Assembly (NCBI RefSeq): GCF_001644705.1
Contig: NZ_CP015137.1
Span: 1,020,001 to 1,052,000, forward strand
Source: Dickeya solani IPO 2222
GTDB taxonomy: Bacteria > Pseudomonadota > Gammaproteobacteria > Enterobacterales > Enterobacteriaceae
Direction: 5' to 3'
DNA: 32,000 nt
Positions 23,275 through 32,000 of this stretch are shown here, piece by piece; within the stretch, counting starts at the first letter, position 1, and each line of letters starts with the position of its first letter. The position numbers and the translations under genes were made by a program. The notes under the pieces were generated by a model. That model was not told the origin of the DNA and did not search any database. It was given only the letters and a program-made list of their open reading frames with translations.

Positions 23275-24267
23275 TTATTCGCGGAACAGTTCTTCGATGT
23301 CCAGCCCTTGCACTTGCAAAATCTCGCGCAAACGGCGCAACCCTTCGACCTGAATCTGGCGAACCCGTTCGCGTGTCAGCCCGATTTCACGACCCACATC
23401 TTCCAGCGTGGCGGCTTCATATCCCAGCAAACCGAAACGGCGGGCCAGCACTTCGCGCTGTTTTGCGTTCAGTTCAAACAGCCACTTAACGATATTTTGT
23501 TTCATATCGTTATCCTGCGTGGTGTCTTCCGGGCCGTTATCCTTCTCATCGGCCAGAATATCCAGCAGCGCCTTTTCCGAATCCCCGCCCAGCGGCGTAT
23601 CCACCGATGTAATGCGCTCGTTGAGACGCAGCATGCGGTTCACGTCATCCACCGGCTTATCCAGCCGCTCGGCGATTTCTTCCGCACTGGGCTCGTGGTC
23701 AAGCTTGTGGGACAGTTCGCGTGCGGTACGCAGGTAGACATTAAGTTCTTTGACGATATGGATCGGTAAACGGATGGTGCGGGTCTGATTCATGATGGCC
23801 CGTTCAATAGTCTGACGGATCCACCAGGTGGCGTAAGTCGAAAAGCGGAACCCGCGTTCAGGGTCAAACTTCTCGACTGCGCGGATCAAACCGAGGTTCC
23901 CTTCTTCAATCAGGTCCAGCAGCGCCAGTCCCCGGTTGTTGTAGCGACGGGCGATTTTCACCACCAGCCGCAGGTTACTCTCGATCATACGGCGGCGAGA
24001 TGAAACATCGCCGCGTAGTGCCCGACGGGCAAAATAAACTTCTTCAGCAGCAGTCAGAAGAGGTGAGTAGCCGATTTCTCCCAGATAAAGCTGGGTTGCA
24101 TCCAGCACGCGCTGAGCAGTTCCTTGCGAAAGCAATTCCTCGTCGAGCAGGTCGCTATCGCCGGTTTCTTCCTCCGCCAGCGCTTTGTCGTCAAAAACGT
24201 CGATTCCATTCTCATCGAATTCAGCATCTTCATGTAACTCGTTAACTTTCAGCGTGTTTTGGCTCAT
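23275..24267 (-). CDS. rpoS: RNA polymerase sigma factor sigma-S (sigma-38), apparently intact
   Basis: The 330-aa ORF ([80 protein letters not shown]..) is full length, with no premature stop. Confidence 0.97.
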   Translation of the reverse strand: MSQNTLKVNELHEDAEFDENGIDVFDDKALAEEETGDSDLLDEELLSQGTAQRVLDATQLYLGEIGYSPLLTAAEEVYFARRALRGDVSSRRRMIESNLRLVVKIARRYNNRGLALLDLIEEGNLGLIRAVEKFDPERGFRFSTYATWWIRQTIERAIMNQTRTIRLPIHIVKELNVYLRTARELSHKLDHEPSAEEIAERLDKPVDDVNRMLRLNERITSVDTPLGGDSEKALLDILADEKDNGPEDTTQDNDMKQNIVKWLFELNAKQREVLARRFGLLGYEAATLEDVGREIGLTRERVRQIQVEGLRRLREILQVQGLDIEELFRE

Positions 24268-24383
24268 AAGTGGCTCCTACCCGTGATCCCATGGCAGAAT
24301 ACCGAAATACTCTGCCCGATTTATCGCTGCGGAAGAAAACGCAGCGGGTTTACGGATTTCCCCTTGTAACGAATTTCAAAATG
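24268..24383 (-). promoter_or_regulatory. rpoS mRNA leader translational-control region: inhibitory stem and DsrA/RprA/ArcZ target arm, overlapping the nlpD 3' end
   Basis: The minus strand reads CATTTTGAAATTCGTTACAAGGGGAAATCCGTAAACCCGCTGCG..CGCAGCG....GGGATCACGGGTAGGAGCCACTTATG. This is almost the same as the recalled E. coli rpoS leader. It includes the hairpin CGCTGCG-8 nt-CGCAGCG at 24325-24346. Confidence 0.7.
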
Positions 24384-25544
24384 CAAGCGTACTGAACTGG
24401 TTCCGGTGCTACCCATGGTAGCAATTTGTTGACCCGCCTTTACCTCTTGTTGTTCCCGGACCAGCATGGTTTCGTTATGGGCATAGGCGCTCAGGTAGTC
24501 ATCATTATGTTTGATGATGATCAGATTACCGTAACCGCGTAACGCATTACCCGCATACACTACACGCCCGGATGCGGTAGCGATAACGGATTGCCCACGT
24601 GAGCCGGCGATATCAATCCCTTTATTTCCCCCCTCTGAGGCTGAGAAATTATCTATGACTTTCCCGTCTGTAGGCCAACGCCAGCTGGCAATTGCCGTGT
24701 TCGTTTGCGTCGGTTCGGTCGTCGGAAGCGTGGTCGCCGCTCCCGCCGTGGGCAACATCTTACCCACATTCTGTTTACCCGAACCTTCAGAATACGCATT
24801 ACTTGGTTGAGAATCAACCTGCGTAGTCTGCATTTGTGCTGATGATGACAGCGGCGCAGCACTAGCCGCGGCCGCGTTGGCCGGCAGCATATGACCGCTG
24901 TTGCCGTTCGCATTTCCTGACGACAACATACGGCTGCCGCCGGACGTTTTAGCGGTATTTTCAGGCAGCATATGACCGTTGCTGGCCGGGCTGCTTTCCA
25001 CCGGCGCGGATGTCGTTACCGTTGTCGGCGTGCCGGCAATCGCCATGCCCTGGGTACTGCCGCCGGCATTCATGTTGCTGCCGAGGCTTAACGATTGGCC
25101 CACATTCAGGCTGTAAGGCTCCTGAATGTTGTTGCGCTGCGCCAGTTCGCGGTAATCGTTGCCGGTAATCCAGGCAATATAGAACAGGGTATCACCGCGT
25201 TTGACGGTGTAGTTATTGCCGCTGTAGCTCCCTTTGGGGATGCTGTTATAACTGCGGTTATAGACAATCTTACCTTCATGGTTAGTGACCGCCGCATCGC
25301 TGGAAGGGCGGCTGATGCCCGCTGAAGGAGCGGGTTGCGTGTTATTGCTCGCGCTGCCCACGCTGGAAATGCGCGGCGGCGGCGAAGAATAGGTGGTGGT
25401 ACTGCCTGAGCGGCTTCCTGCGCCGTTATCTCCCACGCTGCTAATCGGGGCCGCCTGATTATTGTCATTTGCACAACCGGCCAATCCCAGAGTAATAACC
25501 GAACACACAGCGATCTGACGCCAGTTCACGATTTGGCTTCCCAT
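24321..25544 (-). CDS. nlpD: Murein hydrolase activator lipoprotein NlpD (LysM plus LytM/M23 domains)
   Basis: I chose the start at ATG 25544 ([24 protein letters not shown], lipobox LAGC, AGGGGG Shine-Dalgarno sequence upstream), giving 407 aa. The LysM domain reads [29 protein letters not shown]. The C-terminus [59 protein letters not shown] matches E. coli NlpD. The track start at 25634 is an upstream extension. Confidence 0.9.
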   Translation of the reverse strand: MGSQIVNWRQIAVCSVITLGLAGCANDNNQAAPISSVGDNGAGSRSGSTTTYSSPPPRISSVGSASNNTQPAPSAGISRPSSDAAVTNHEGKIVYNRSYNSIPKGSYSGNNYTVKRGDTLFYIAWITGNDYRELAQRNNIQEPYSLNVGQSLSLGSNMNAGGSTQGMAIAGTPTTVTTSAPVESSPASNGHMLPENTAKTSGGSRMLSSGNANGNSGHMLPANAAAASAAPLSSSAQMQTTQVDSQPSNAYSEGSGKQNVGKMLPTAGAATTLPTTEPTQTNTAIASWRWPTDGKVIDNFSASEGGNKGIDIAGSRGQSVIATASGRVVYAGNALRGYGNLIIIKHNDDYLSAYAHNETMLVREQQEVKAGQQIATMGSTGTSSVRLHFEIRYKGKSVNPLRFLPQR

Positions 25545-25850
25545 GCGCCAAATTCCCCCTATAACCAAAAATGACGAAATCTGTCCGGTCCCGACGTTTA
25601 TTTCCGTTCGGAACACCCTGATGAAGGCTGGCAATCATGCGAAGCGAGGAACGTAAAACGATTACCGTTTATTTTATTCGTCGACGCAAACAGGCGGTAC
25701 CATAAGGTCTGTCTGGCGTTCACGCCATACCAACAGGGTCGAAACACGGACAACGACGGGACACAGCCTATCAATATCAATCCGTTATCACCATAAGACA
25801 GTTGTATTGAAATTTTAAAGACGGACTTTTTACCGAGATGGGCAACGGTA

Positions 25851-26477
25851 TCAGGCCAATTCCCCTTTGACCAGCGGAACAAACCGAACCATTTCCACCG
25901 TCTGGACCATAAACTCGCCGTTGTGGTGCAAAACGACCTGTAATGTCTGCTGCTCTTCGCCTACGGGCAATACCATGATGCCGCCTTCGTCCAGTTGCGC
26001 CATCAGTGCGGACGGAATCTCCGGCGGCGCCGCCGTGACGATGATGGCGTCGAACGGCCCTTTGGACGCCCAGCCTTGCCAGCCATCGCCATGACGGGTG
26101 GAAACATTGTGCAGATCGAGTTGCTTAAGACGCCGCTTGGCCTGCCACTGCAGGCCCTTAATCCGCTCTACCGAAAACACATGCTGCACCAGATGAGCCA
26201 GAATGGCGGTCTGATAACCGGAACCGGTGCCGATTTCCAACACGCGGGACTCCGGCGTCAGCCGCAGCAGCTCAGTCATTCTGGCTACGATGTAGGGTTG
26301 AGAGATGGTTTGTCCGGAACCAATCGGCAGGGCGACGTTATCATAGGCTTTATGTTCGAACGCCTCGTCGACAAAACGCTCGCGAGGAACCGAGGCCATG
26401 GCCTGCAACAGGCGTTCGTCCTGAATTCCCTGCTGGTGAAGCTGCGTCAGCAACGTTTGCACGCGTTTATTCACCAT
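25851..26477 (-). CDS. pcm: Protein-L-isoaspartate O-methyltransferase
   Basis: The 208-aa ORF is the same length as E. coli Pcm (..[64 protein letters not shown]). Confidence 0.95.
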   Translation of the reverse strand: MVNKRVQTLLTQLHQQGIQDERLLQAMASVPRERFVDEAFEHKAYDNVALPIGSGQTISQPYIVARMTELLRLTPESRVLEIGTGSGYQTAILAHLVQHVFSVERIKGLQWQAKRRLKQLDLHNVSTRHGDGWQGWASKGPFDAIIVTAAPPEIPSALMAQLDEGGIMVLPVGEEQQTLQVVLHHNGEFMVQTVEMVRFVPLVKGELA

Positions 26478-26518
26478 TCTCCGTCAACTCCGGCGTTAGC
26501 CCACCTCATCAACTCGCT
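26471..26518 (-). pseudogene. surE: Possible 3' stub of a deleted surE (16 codons ending in a stop that overlaps the pcm start)
   Basis: The frame ending TGG-TGA overlaps the pcm ATG-GTG-A and reads [15 protein letters not shown]. The recalled E. coli SurE C-terminus is ..DVVSDWLNSVGVGTQW*, which has the same ATGGTxA overlap with pcm. The match is short and not verified by alignment statistics. Confidence 0.3.
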
Positions 26519-26581
26519 CCGTCCTCCGATAGCAAAGAAAATCGACAGCCCGTATCAGGATAAATCACGCGTCTGAAGCCG

Positions 26582-26607
26582 AAAAAAGCCGCCTGTTATC
26601 AGGCCGC
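26582..26607 (-). terminator. Terminator-like hairpin plus U6 spanning the truD stop codon
   Basis: On the minus strand GCGGCCTG-ataa-CAGGCGGC forms 7 base pairs with one G-G mismatch, followed by TTTTTT (26587-26582). Confidence 0.4.
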
Positions 26608-27648
26608 CCACTCGTTTTCCTGTTGCACGGGAAGCAGCAGTTCCCGCACCACGCTAGTGGCGAAACCCCCAGCCGGCAGCCAGAAGTGTAGCTCAAGCGT
26701 GGCGTCATCCCGCCATGACCAGCGCATGTCTTGCGGGTGTAGCATGACGGCGCGGCGCGCGCTGTCCACCCGTTCGCGCGTCAGCAATGATAACAACAGC
26801 GCCTGATCCTCCAGGCATTGCTGTTCGAACGCCAGTGCCTGTTCCAGCACACCTGGTTCGCCCTGCCCCGGCAATGCGGCGGTAATCTGCAGCTCGCCTG
26901 CCGTCACCCGCGACTGCACGTCAGCCAATTCTTCCGGCTTGACCACAAACCAGCTGCCGCGGCCAGTCAGTTGCAGCGCATCGCCGGTCAACACCTGCGT
27001 TGTGCCATACGTCGCCAGGCGCGCACTGGCCATTAGATTGAATAACTCACTGCGGGCGGCGGAAAGGTAGAAGCTGCGCTTGCTGCGATCTTTAACCCGA
27101 ATCTCGTCATTCGCCCAGCGGCGAGCCTGTTCCAGATTGTTGCCGTCACGACCGAAACGCTGGCTGCCGAAGTAGTTAGGCACGCCCTCACCGGCGATCA
27201 GCGCCAGACGGGCTTCAACATCGGTATGGTCGCTAACCTCGCGCAATACCAGACTAAAATGGTTGCCGCGCAACGCGCCAATACGCAGTTTACGGCGATG
27301 GCGCTGCGCTTCAAGGACTTCGCACCCTTCCAGCGAGAATGCCGGCCATGTCGGCTCCGCTTTGCCCGGCAAATGCAGGCAGAACCATTGTTCGGTTACC
27401 GCATGGCGATCTTTCAACCCGGCATAACTGACGGAACGCGCCGGAATTCCGGCGAACTTCGCCAGCGCCTCCGCCACAAACGTCGTGTTGCAGCCGCGTT
27501 TACGAACACGCACCAGCACATGCTCGCCATCGCCATCCGGTGCAAATCCCAGATCTTCAGCGACAAAAAAATCATCCGCCGATGCCTTCAGCACCCCCGT
27601 TGCGGCCGGTTCGCCATGCAACCAAAGCAGTGACTCACGCATTACCAT
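26599..27648 (-). CDS. truD: tRNA pseudouridine(13) synthase
   Basis: The 349-aa ORF is the same length as E. coli TruD (..[60 protein letters not shown]..). The start ATG overlaps the ispF stop (ATGGTAA). Confidence 0.93.
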   Translation of the reverse strand: MVMRESLLWLHGEPAATGVLKASADDFFVAEDLGFAPDGDGEHVLVRVRKRGCNTTFVAEALAKFAGIPARSVSYAGLKDRHAVTEQWFCLHLPGKAEPTWPAFSLEGCEVLEAQRHRRKLRIGALRGNHFSLVLREVSDHTDVEARLALIAGEGVPNYFGSQRFGRDGNNLEQARRWANDEIRVKDRSKRSFYLSAARSELFNLMASARLATYGTTQVLTGDALQLTGRGSWFVVKPEELADVQSRVTAGELQITAALPGQGEPGVLEQALAFEQQCLEDQALLLSLLTRERVDSARRAVMLHPQDMRWSWRDDATLELHFWLPAGGFATSVVRELLLPVQQENEWAA

Positions 27649-28139
27649 GCCACCACACCGGTGACGTCGCCCTTAACCAGCAATACCACCGCCTCGCAGG
27701 CAATCCCTTCGCCACGGCCGGTAAAGCCCAGTTGTTCAGTCGTAGTCGCTTTGACGTTGACATCATCCATGTGCGATTGCAGATCTTCGGCGATATTAAC
27801 GCGCATCTGCGGGATGTGCGGCGCCATTTTCGGCGCCTGCGCGATGATGGTGACATCGAGGTTACCGAGTTGGTAGCCTTTGGCGGTGATGCGATGCCAG
27901 GCTTCGCGCAGCAATTCGCGGCTGTCGATGCCGCGGTAGGCTGGATCAGTGTCGGGAAACAGTTTACCGATATCACCCATCGCCGCCGCACCCAGCAGCG
28001 CGTCGGTGACGGCATGCAGCACCACGTCACCATCGGAATGCGCCAGCAAGCCACGTTCATAGGGAATACGTACCCCACCGATCACCAGCGGACCTTCTCC
28101 GCCAAATTTATGCACATCAAAACCGTGACCGATACGCAT
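27642..28139 (-). CDS. ispF: 2-C-methyl-D-erythritol 2,4-cyclodiphosphate synthase
   Basis: Starting at ATG 28139 the product begins [54 protein letters not shown], matching E. coli IspF. The GTG at 28142 used by the track directly abuts the ispD stop. Confidence 0.95.
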   Translation of the reverse strand: MRIGHGFDVHKFGGEGPLVIGGVRIPYERGLLAHSDGDVVLHAVTDALLGAAAMGDIGKLFPDTDPAYRGIDSRELLREAWHRITAKGYQLGNLDVTIIAQAPKMAPHIPQMRVNIAEDLQSHMDDVNVKATTTEQLGFTGRGEGIACEAVVLLVKGDVTGVVAW

Positions 28140-28142
28140 CAC

Positions 28143-28871
28143 TCAGGCTCCTTTATTATCTTGTTGATGATGATCCGGCCAGCGTGTCAGATAAAACTCC
28201 GCCAGCGCCAGATCTTCCGGGCGCGTGACCTTGATGTTGTCTGCCCGTCCCGGAACAATCTGCGGACGATAGCCGCAATATTCCAGCGCCGACGCTTCGT
28301 CGGTAACGGTCGCGCCTTCGCGCAGCGCCCGTTCCAGGCATCTTCGCAGCAGCGCCAGCGGGAACAGTTGCGGCGTCAGGGCGTGCCACAGCGCCTCTCG
28401 CTCCACCGTATGGTCGATGACGCCATCCCGGCCTCGCTTCATGGTATCACGCACCGGCGCAGCCAAAATGCCGCCGACCTCACTTTGCCCGGTCAACGCC
28501 AGTAGCCGGGACAGATCGTCCTGATGCAGACAGGGCCGCGCCGCGTCATGCACCAGCACCCAATCGGTATGCGGCAAATGCAGTAAACCGGCCAGCACCG
28601 AGTCGGCTCGCTGGCGGCCGCCGGTCACCACCTGAATACGCGGGTCGGTTGCGAGGGGCAGTTCGGGAAAATAGCGGTCATCGGCGCTGATGGCGATCAC
28701 CACCCGTTGAATACGCGGATGACGCAGTAAAGCCGCGACCGTGTGCTCAAGAATGGTTTTATTGCCGATGGAAAGGTACTGCTTGGGGCGGTCGCTCTGC
28801 ATCCGGCTGCCGTTACCGGCCGCCGGCAGAACAGCAACCACCTCAGCCAAAGACTGATTTGGAGTAGACAT
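28143..28871 (-). CDS. ispD: 2-C-methyl-D-erythritol 4-phosphate cytidylyltransferase
   Basis: The 242-aa ORF (..[89 protein letters not shown]) matches E. coli IspD. Confidence 0.95.
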   Translation of the reverse strand: MSTPNQSLAEVVAVLPAAGNGSRMQSDRPKQYLSIGNKTILEHTVAALLRHPRIQRVVIAISADDRYFPELPLATDPRIQVVTGGRQRADSVLAGLLHLPHTDWVLVHDAARPCLHQDDLSRLLALTGQSEVGGILAAPVRDTMKRGRDGVIDHTVEREALWHALTPQLFPLALLRRCLERALREGATVTDEASALEYCGYRPQIVPGRADNIKVTRPEDLALAEFYLTRWPDHHQQDNKGA

Positions 28872-28873
28872 AC

Positions 28874-29212
28874 CTAGCGAGACGTCGATGATGAAGTGGA
28901 AGGGGCCGGCGACGAGTTCGCACCGACGCGGCGATCCGCCTGATCGGCCACCAGACGATAAAAGCTTTCACCGGGTTTGGTCATGCCCAGCTCGTTGCGC
29001 GCCCGTTCCTCAATGGCTTCCTGACCACCATTAAGATCGTCTATTTCCGCAAATAGCTGTTCGTTGCGGGATTTCAGTTTGACGTTGTTGGCCTGTTGTA
29101 CCGCCACGTCATCCTTCACCCGCACGTAGTCATGAACACCGTTTTTACCCAGCCAGAGCGAATATTGCAACCAACCGAGAAGAATCAACAATAACAGCGA
29201 AAGTTTTCCCAT
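28874..29212 (-). CDS. ftsB: Cell division protein FtsB
   Basis: The 112-aa ORF ([77 protein letters not shown]) matches E. coli FtsB. Its stop lies 2 nt before the ispD start. Confidence 0.92.
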   Translation of the reverse strand: MGKLSLLLLILLGWLQYSLWLGKNGVHDYVRVKDDVAVQQANNVKLKSRNEQLFAEIDDLNGGQEAIEERARNELGMTKPGESFYRLVADQADRRVGANSSPAPSTSSSTSR

Positions 29213-29412
29213 CCAGCCCCCTGAAAAGCCGCCTAATCATCCCATAACTTTTGTCAGGACTCCACCTTCGCCAACAGCATTCCCCTCTGGCAGGGAAAAG
29301 TCAGGCGCACACCGGGTTTTGAAGAATAAAATTACTAACACAGGGAAATAGTTTCAATAAGGAAGTAAATAGTCTGAAATCGGTATCGTAGTGGTATACG
29401 TTGCCTGAGCGA

Positions 29413-29760
29413 TTACCATCCGGTGATCAATGAGAACACCAGCCAGAACACGCCGGGAATACTGACTGCGCAGCAGACCATCATCCACACCACATGATTC
29501 GGCAACAACACGCGAAACAGCATACCGATCAATACCGACAGCGGCATCAACGCCAGAAAAAAAGGCCAGGTGTAAAGCATCAGCAAAAGCGTGGAATTCA
29601 GACCATACACGATAAACGGCAGAGAAAAGGCCAGCCAGTAAAAGCAGAAGCCTGCCAGCGCGCCTACCAGCGGGCTACAAGAAACGAAGGACGCATCCTC
29701 CTCCTCGTCATAGTCGGCTTGCGTATTGCTATCAGGTAATGGCGTCACACTCTGCATCAT
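29413..29760 (-). CDS. ygbE: Small inner-membrane protein YgbE (DUF3561)
   Basis: The 115-aa hydrophobic ORF contains YTWPFFLALMP, which is identical to the recalled E. coli YgbE motif. It occupies the same position, between ftsB and cysC. Confidence 0.8.
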   Translation of the reverse strand: MMQSVTPLPDSNTQADYDEEEDASFVSCSPLVGALAGFCFYWLAFSLPFIVYGLNSTLLLMLYTWPFFLALMPLSVLIGMLFRVLLPNHVVWMMVCCAVSIPGVFWLVFSLITGW

Positions 29761-29878
29761 CGTTCCTGCTTTACCCCATCACCGGGTAACCGTTGGGCCT
29801 GAAGACTGCCCCTTCATCAGACAAGCGGCAGCGAGACAAAACACGCATACCGTAGCCTACAAAGGGGCAAGTTGAGGC

Positions 29879-30520
29879 TTAGATGATAGCTCGACCATGT
29901 AGCATATCTAACAATTCAGCGACTAAATTTGTTACCAATTGTTGGCCGTCCAGGTGCAATTCCGGCTGTTCTGGCGCCTCGTAAACGGCATCAATACCGG
30001 TGAAGTTGCGCAACTCGCCGGCACGGGCTTTCCTGTATAACCCTTTGGGGTCGCGGGCTTCACAAATAGCAAGCGGTGTATCGACGAACACTTCAAGAAA
30101 CTGCTCCTGATCAAGCAGTTCTCGCACCATCTGCCTTTCAGCACGGTGCGGAGAGATAAATGCGGTTAATACAACCAGTCCGGCATCGACCATCAACCGG
30201 GCCACTTCCCCCACCCGGCGGATGTTCTCACGCCGGTCGTCATCGCTGAATCCCAGATCCCGACACAACCCATGCCGGACGTTATCGCCATCCAGCAAAT
30301 AGGTGCTAACGCCACGGGCAAACAAGGCCTGCTCCAGTGCGCCGGCCAGCGTAGATTTGCCGGAACCGGACAGCCCAGTGAACCACACCACCACGCCACG
30401 ATGCCCGTGTTGACGTTCACGGTCTTCGCGCGTGACCACATGGTCGTGCCACACTACATTGTCATTGGCCGGCATATTGTCATTGGCCAGCGCGTCCGGC
30501 CGGGAAGGCGTTTGCGTCAC
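29879..30520 (-). CDS. cysC: Adenylylsulfate (APS) kinase
   Basis: The sequence ..[93 protein letters not shown] matches E. coli CysC. The GTG start at 30520 has a GGGAGG Shine-Dalgarno sequence 8 nt upstream, inside the cysN 3' end. An internal ATG at 30475 would give an E. coli-like N-terminus but has no Shine-Dalgarno sequence. Confidence 0.92.
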   Translation of the reverse strand: MTQTPSRPDALANDNMPANDNVVWHDHVVTREDRERQHGHRGVVVWFTGLSGSGKSTLAGALEQALFARGVSTYLLDGDNVRHGLCRDLGFSDDDRRENIRRVGEVARLMVDAGLVVLTAFISPHRAERQMVRELLDQEQFLEVFVDTPLAICEARDPKGLYRKARAGELRNFTGIDAVYEAPEQPELHLDGQQLVTNLVAELLDMLHGRAII

Positions 30521-30521
30521 G

Positions 30522-31949
30522 TTATTTTCCTCCCAGCAGGTCGCGCGCGCCCCAATGCGGGAAGTGGCGGCGAATCAACGCATTCAGTTCCAGCTCAAAA
30601 GCGCTGTAGCTGCCTGCTTCCGGCTCCTCCATCTCGACCGGCTCACGCACCAGTCCGGCGCCGACCGTCACGTTGCTCAGGCGATCGATGAAAATCATGC
30701 CGCCGGTGACAGGGTTTTGCTGATATTTTTCCAGCACCAGCGGTTCATCAAAGGTCAACTCGACCAGCCCAATTCCATTGAGCGGCAGCGACTCGGTAAC
30801 CCGCTGGGTCAGGGTATTGATTTCCACCTGATAGTCGATGTTTTCCACCCGCGCACGCGTTTTCTTACCGGCAATTTTGATGTCGTAGCTTTGTCCCGGC
30901 ACCAGCGGCTGCTCCGCCATCCAGACCACATCCACCTTCGCGCCGCGTACCGACTGGAGCGTTTCCTCGCTACCGACCAGCAGATCGCCCCGGCTGATAT
31001 CGACTTCGCTGGACAACACCAGCGTCACCGCTTCGCCAGCCTGCGCCTGTTGCAGGTCGCCATCAAAGGTGACGATGCGGCTGACGCTGGACTCCACACC
31101 GGACGGCAGCACCTTCACACGCTGTCCGACCCGCACCACGCCAGACGCCACCGTGCCGGCATAGCCGCGAAAATCCAGGTTCGGGCGGTTGACATACTGC
31201 ACCGGAAAACGCATCGGCTGACTCAGGCTGCGGGAGGAAACATTGACCGTCTCCAGCACATCCAAAAGCGTCGGGCCGTGGTACCAGCTCATGGTCGTGC
31301 CCGGCGTCGCGACATTGTCGCCATCCAGCGCGGAAATCGGCACAAACGTAATATTCAGATCCGCTGGCAGCTGACCGGCGAAGTCCAGATAGTCCTGCTT
31401 GAACTGCTCAAAGACCACCTGCTGATACCCCACCAGATCCATCTTGTTGACCGCCACCACCAGATGGCGAATGCCCAACAGCGTGGCGATAAAACTGTGG
31501 CGGCGGGTTTGATCCAGCACGCCCTTGCGCGCGTCGATCAGCAGAATCGCCAGTTCGCAGGTGGACGCGCCGGTCGCCATGTTGCGGGTGTACTGCTCAT
31601 GCCCCGGCGTATCGGCGATGATGAACTTGCGTTTCTCCGTGGAAAAATAGCGGTAAGCCACATCAATGGTGATGCCCTGCTCGCGCTCTGCTTGCAAGCC
31701 GTCCACCAGCAGCGCCAGATCGAGCTTTTCGCCCTGGGTGCCAAGGCGCTTACTGTCATTGTGCAGCGTAGAAAGCTGATCTTCGTAAATCTGACGGGTA
31801 TCGTGCAACAACCGACCAATCAGGGTACTTTTGCCATCGTCAACGCTGCCACAGGTCAGAAAACGCAACAGGCTTTTGTTCTGCTGTGCGTGAAGATAAG
31901 CCTCAACCCCGCCCTGATCAGCAATCTGTTTTGCAATACTATGATTCAT
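30522..31949 (-). CDS. cysN: Sulfate adenylyltransferase subunit 1 (GTPase)
   Basis: The 475-aa ORF is the same length as E. coli CysN (..[65 protein letters not shown]..). Confidence 0.96.
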   Translation of the reverse strand: MNHSIAKQIADQGGVEAYLHAQQNKSLLRFLTCGSVDDGKSTLIGRLLHDTRQIYEDQLSTLHNDSKRLGTQGEKLDLALLVDGLQAEREQGITIDVAYRYFSTEKRKFIIADTPGHEQYTRNMATGASTCELAILLIDARKGVLDQTRRHSFIATLLGIRHLVVAVNKMDLVGYQQVVFEQFKQDYLDFAGQLPADLNITFVPISALDGDNVATPGTTMSWYHGPTLLDVLETVNVSSRSLSQPMRFPVQYVNRPNLDFRGYAGTVASGVVRVGQRVKVLPSGVESSVSRIVTFDGDLQQAQAGEAVTLVLSSEVDISRGDLLVGSEETLQSVRGAKVDVVWMAEQPLVPGQSYDIKIAGKKTRARVENIDYQVEINTLTQRVTESLPLNGIGLVELTFDEPLVLEKYQQNPVTGGMIFIDRLSNVTVGAGLVREPVEMEEPEAGSYSAFELELNALIRRHFPHWGARDLLGGK

Positions 31950-31960
31950 TTGACGATTCC

Positions 31961-32000
31961 TCAGAAATACCCTTGACGCTTTTTCAGCTCCATGGAGCCG
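31961..32000 (-). CDS. cysD: Sulfate adenylyltransferase subunit 2, extreme 3' end (the rest lies outside the window)
   Basis: The minus strand reads ..[15 protein letters not shown], matching the recalled CysD C-terminus. The stop lies 11 nt before the cysN ATG. Confidence 0.75.
   Translation of the reverse strand, partial: GSMELKKRQGYF

Noticed and set aside
17569-25634. Longer upstream starts given by the ORF track for metN (17569), metI (18590), trmO (20604), nlpD (25634), pssA (7518) and ispF (28142)
   Set aside because: In each case a downstream ATG gives the orthologue-length protein with the conserved N-terminus. Those ATGs also have either a Shine-Dalgarno sequence or a stop/start overlap with the preceding gene. 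The upstream extensions read through intergenic sequence or the preceding gene.
25598-25882. A 94-aa minus-strand ORF in the 306-bp pcm-nlpD intergenic region
   Set aside because: It overlaps the pcm 3' end out of frame and has no Shine-Dalgarno sequence. Its composition is Cys/Trp/Phe-rich and odd. It most likely covers the nlpD promoter and leader region.
26540-26575. A possible N-terminal remnant of surE (ACG CGT GAT TTA TCC TGA, compared with ATG CGT ATT CTG CTG AGT for MRILLS)
   Set aside because: Only 2 of 8 codons match at the amino-acid level and the ATG is not preserved. The resemblance is too weak to distinguish from chance, so only the C-terminal stub is reported, and that at low confidence.
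30432-31976. A 514-aa ORF on the plus strand, the longest unassigned ORF in the track
   Set aside because: It lies entirely antisense to cysN and cysC, whose identities are unambiguous. The protein is Arg/Gln/His/Ala-rich low-complexity sequence typical of the stop-poor antisense frame of GC-rich genes. It has no Shine-Dalgarno sequence and no recognisable motifs.

Overview
This is a chromosomal core-genome segment from a gamma-proteobacterium of the order Enterobacterales. It is fairly GC-rich. The 16S and protein sequences look Pectobacteriaceae-like (Dickeya, Brenneria or Lonsdalea type), but I cannot verify that without a database search. I identified almost every gene by recalled similarity to E. 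coli K-12 orthologues. In order, the window holds emrA (3' end)-emrB; yfiF(-); trxC-tapT(yfiP)-patZ(yfiQ)-pssA-yfiM; and kgtP(-). Next comes a complete minus-strand rRNA operon (P1/P2 promoters, 16S, tRNA-Ile, tRNA-Ala, 23S, 5S, tRNA-Thr, a second 5S, terminator). It is followed by gmhB(-); metN-metI-metQ-rcsF-trmO(tsaA)-proS; and then, all on the minus strand, rpoS, nlpD, pcm, truD, ispF, ispD, ftsB, ygbE, cysC, cysN and the cysD 3' end. I found no mobile element, CRISPR array, toxin-antitoxin pair, defence island or unassigned multi-gene cluster, so I do not see a convincing novel system here. Four points deserve a second look. (1) surE is absent from the otherwise perfectly conserved truD-surE-pcm-nlpD-rpoS operon; a possible ~16-codon 3' stub and a terminator-like hairpin sit in its place. 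(2) The N-terminal basic region of the YfiF RNA methyltransferase carries an in-frame 24-bp/72-bp tandem repeat expansion encoding an Arg/Gly-rich GGRDNAER array. (3) The rRNA operon sits at a synteny joint: rrnH-type upstream flank, rrnD-type distal 5S-Thr-5S, rrnG-type downstream flank. (4) The two 5S copies differ by a compensatory base-pair change. Many long ORFs in the six-frame track are antisense shadows of real genes or lie inside rRNA, and I rejected them.
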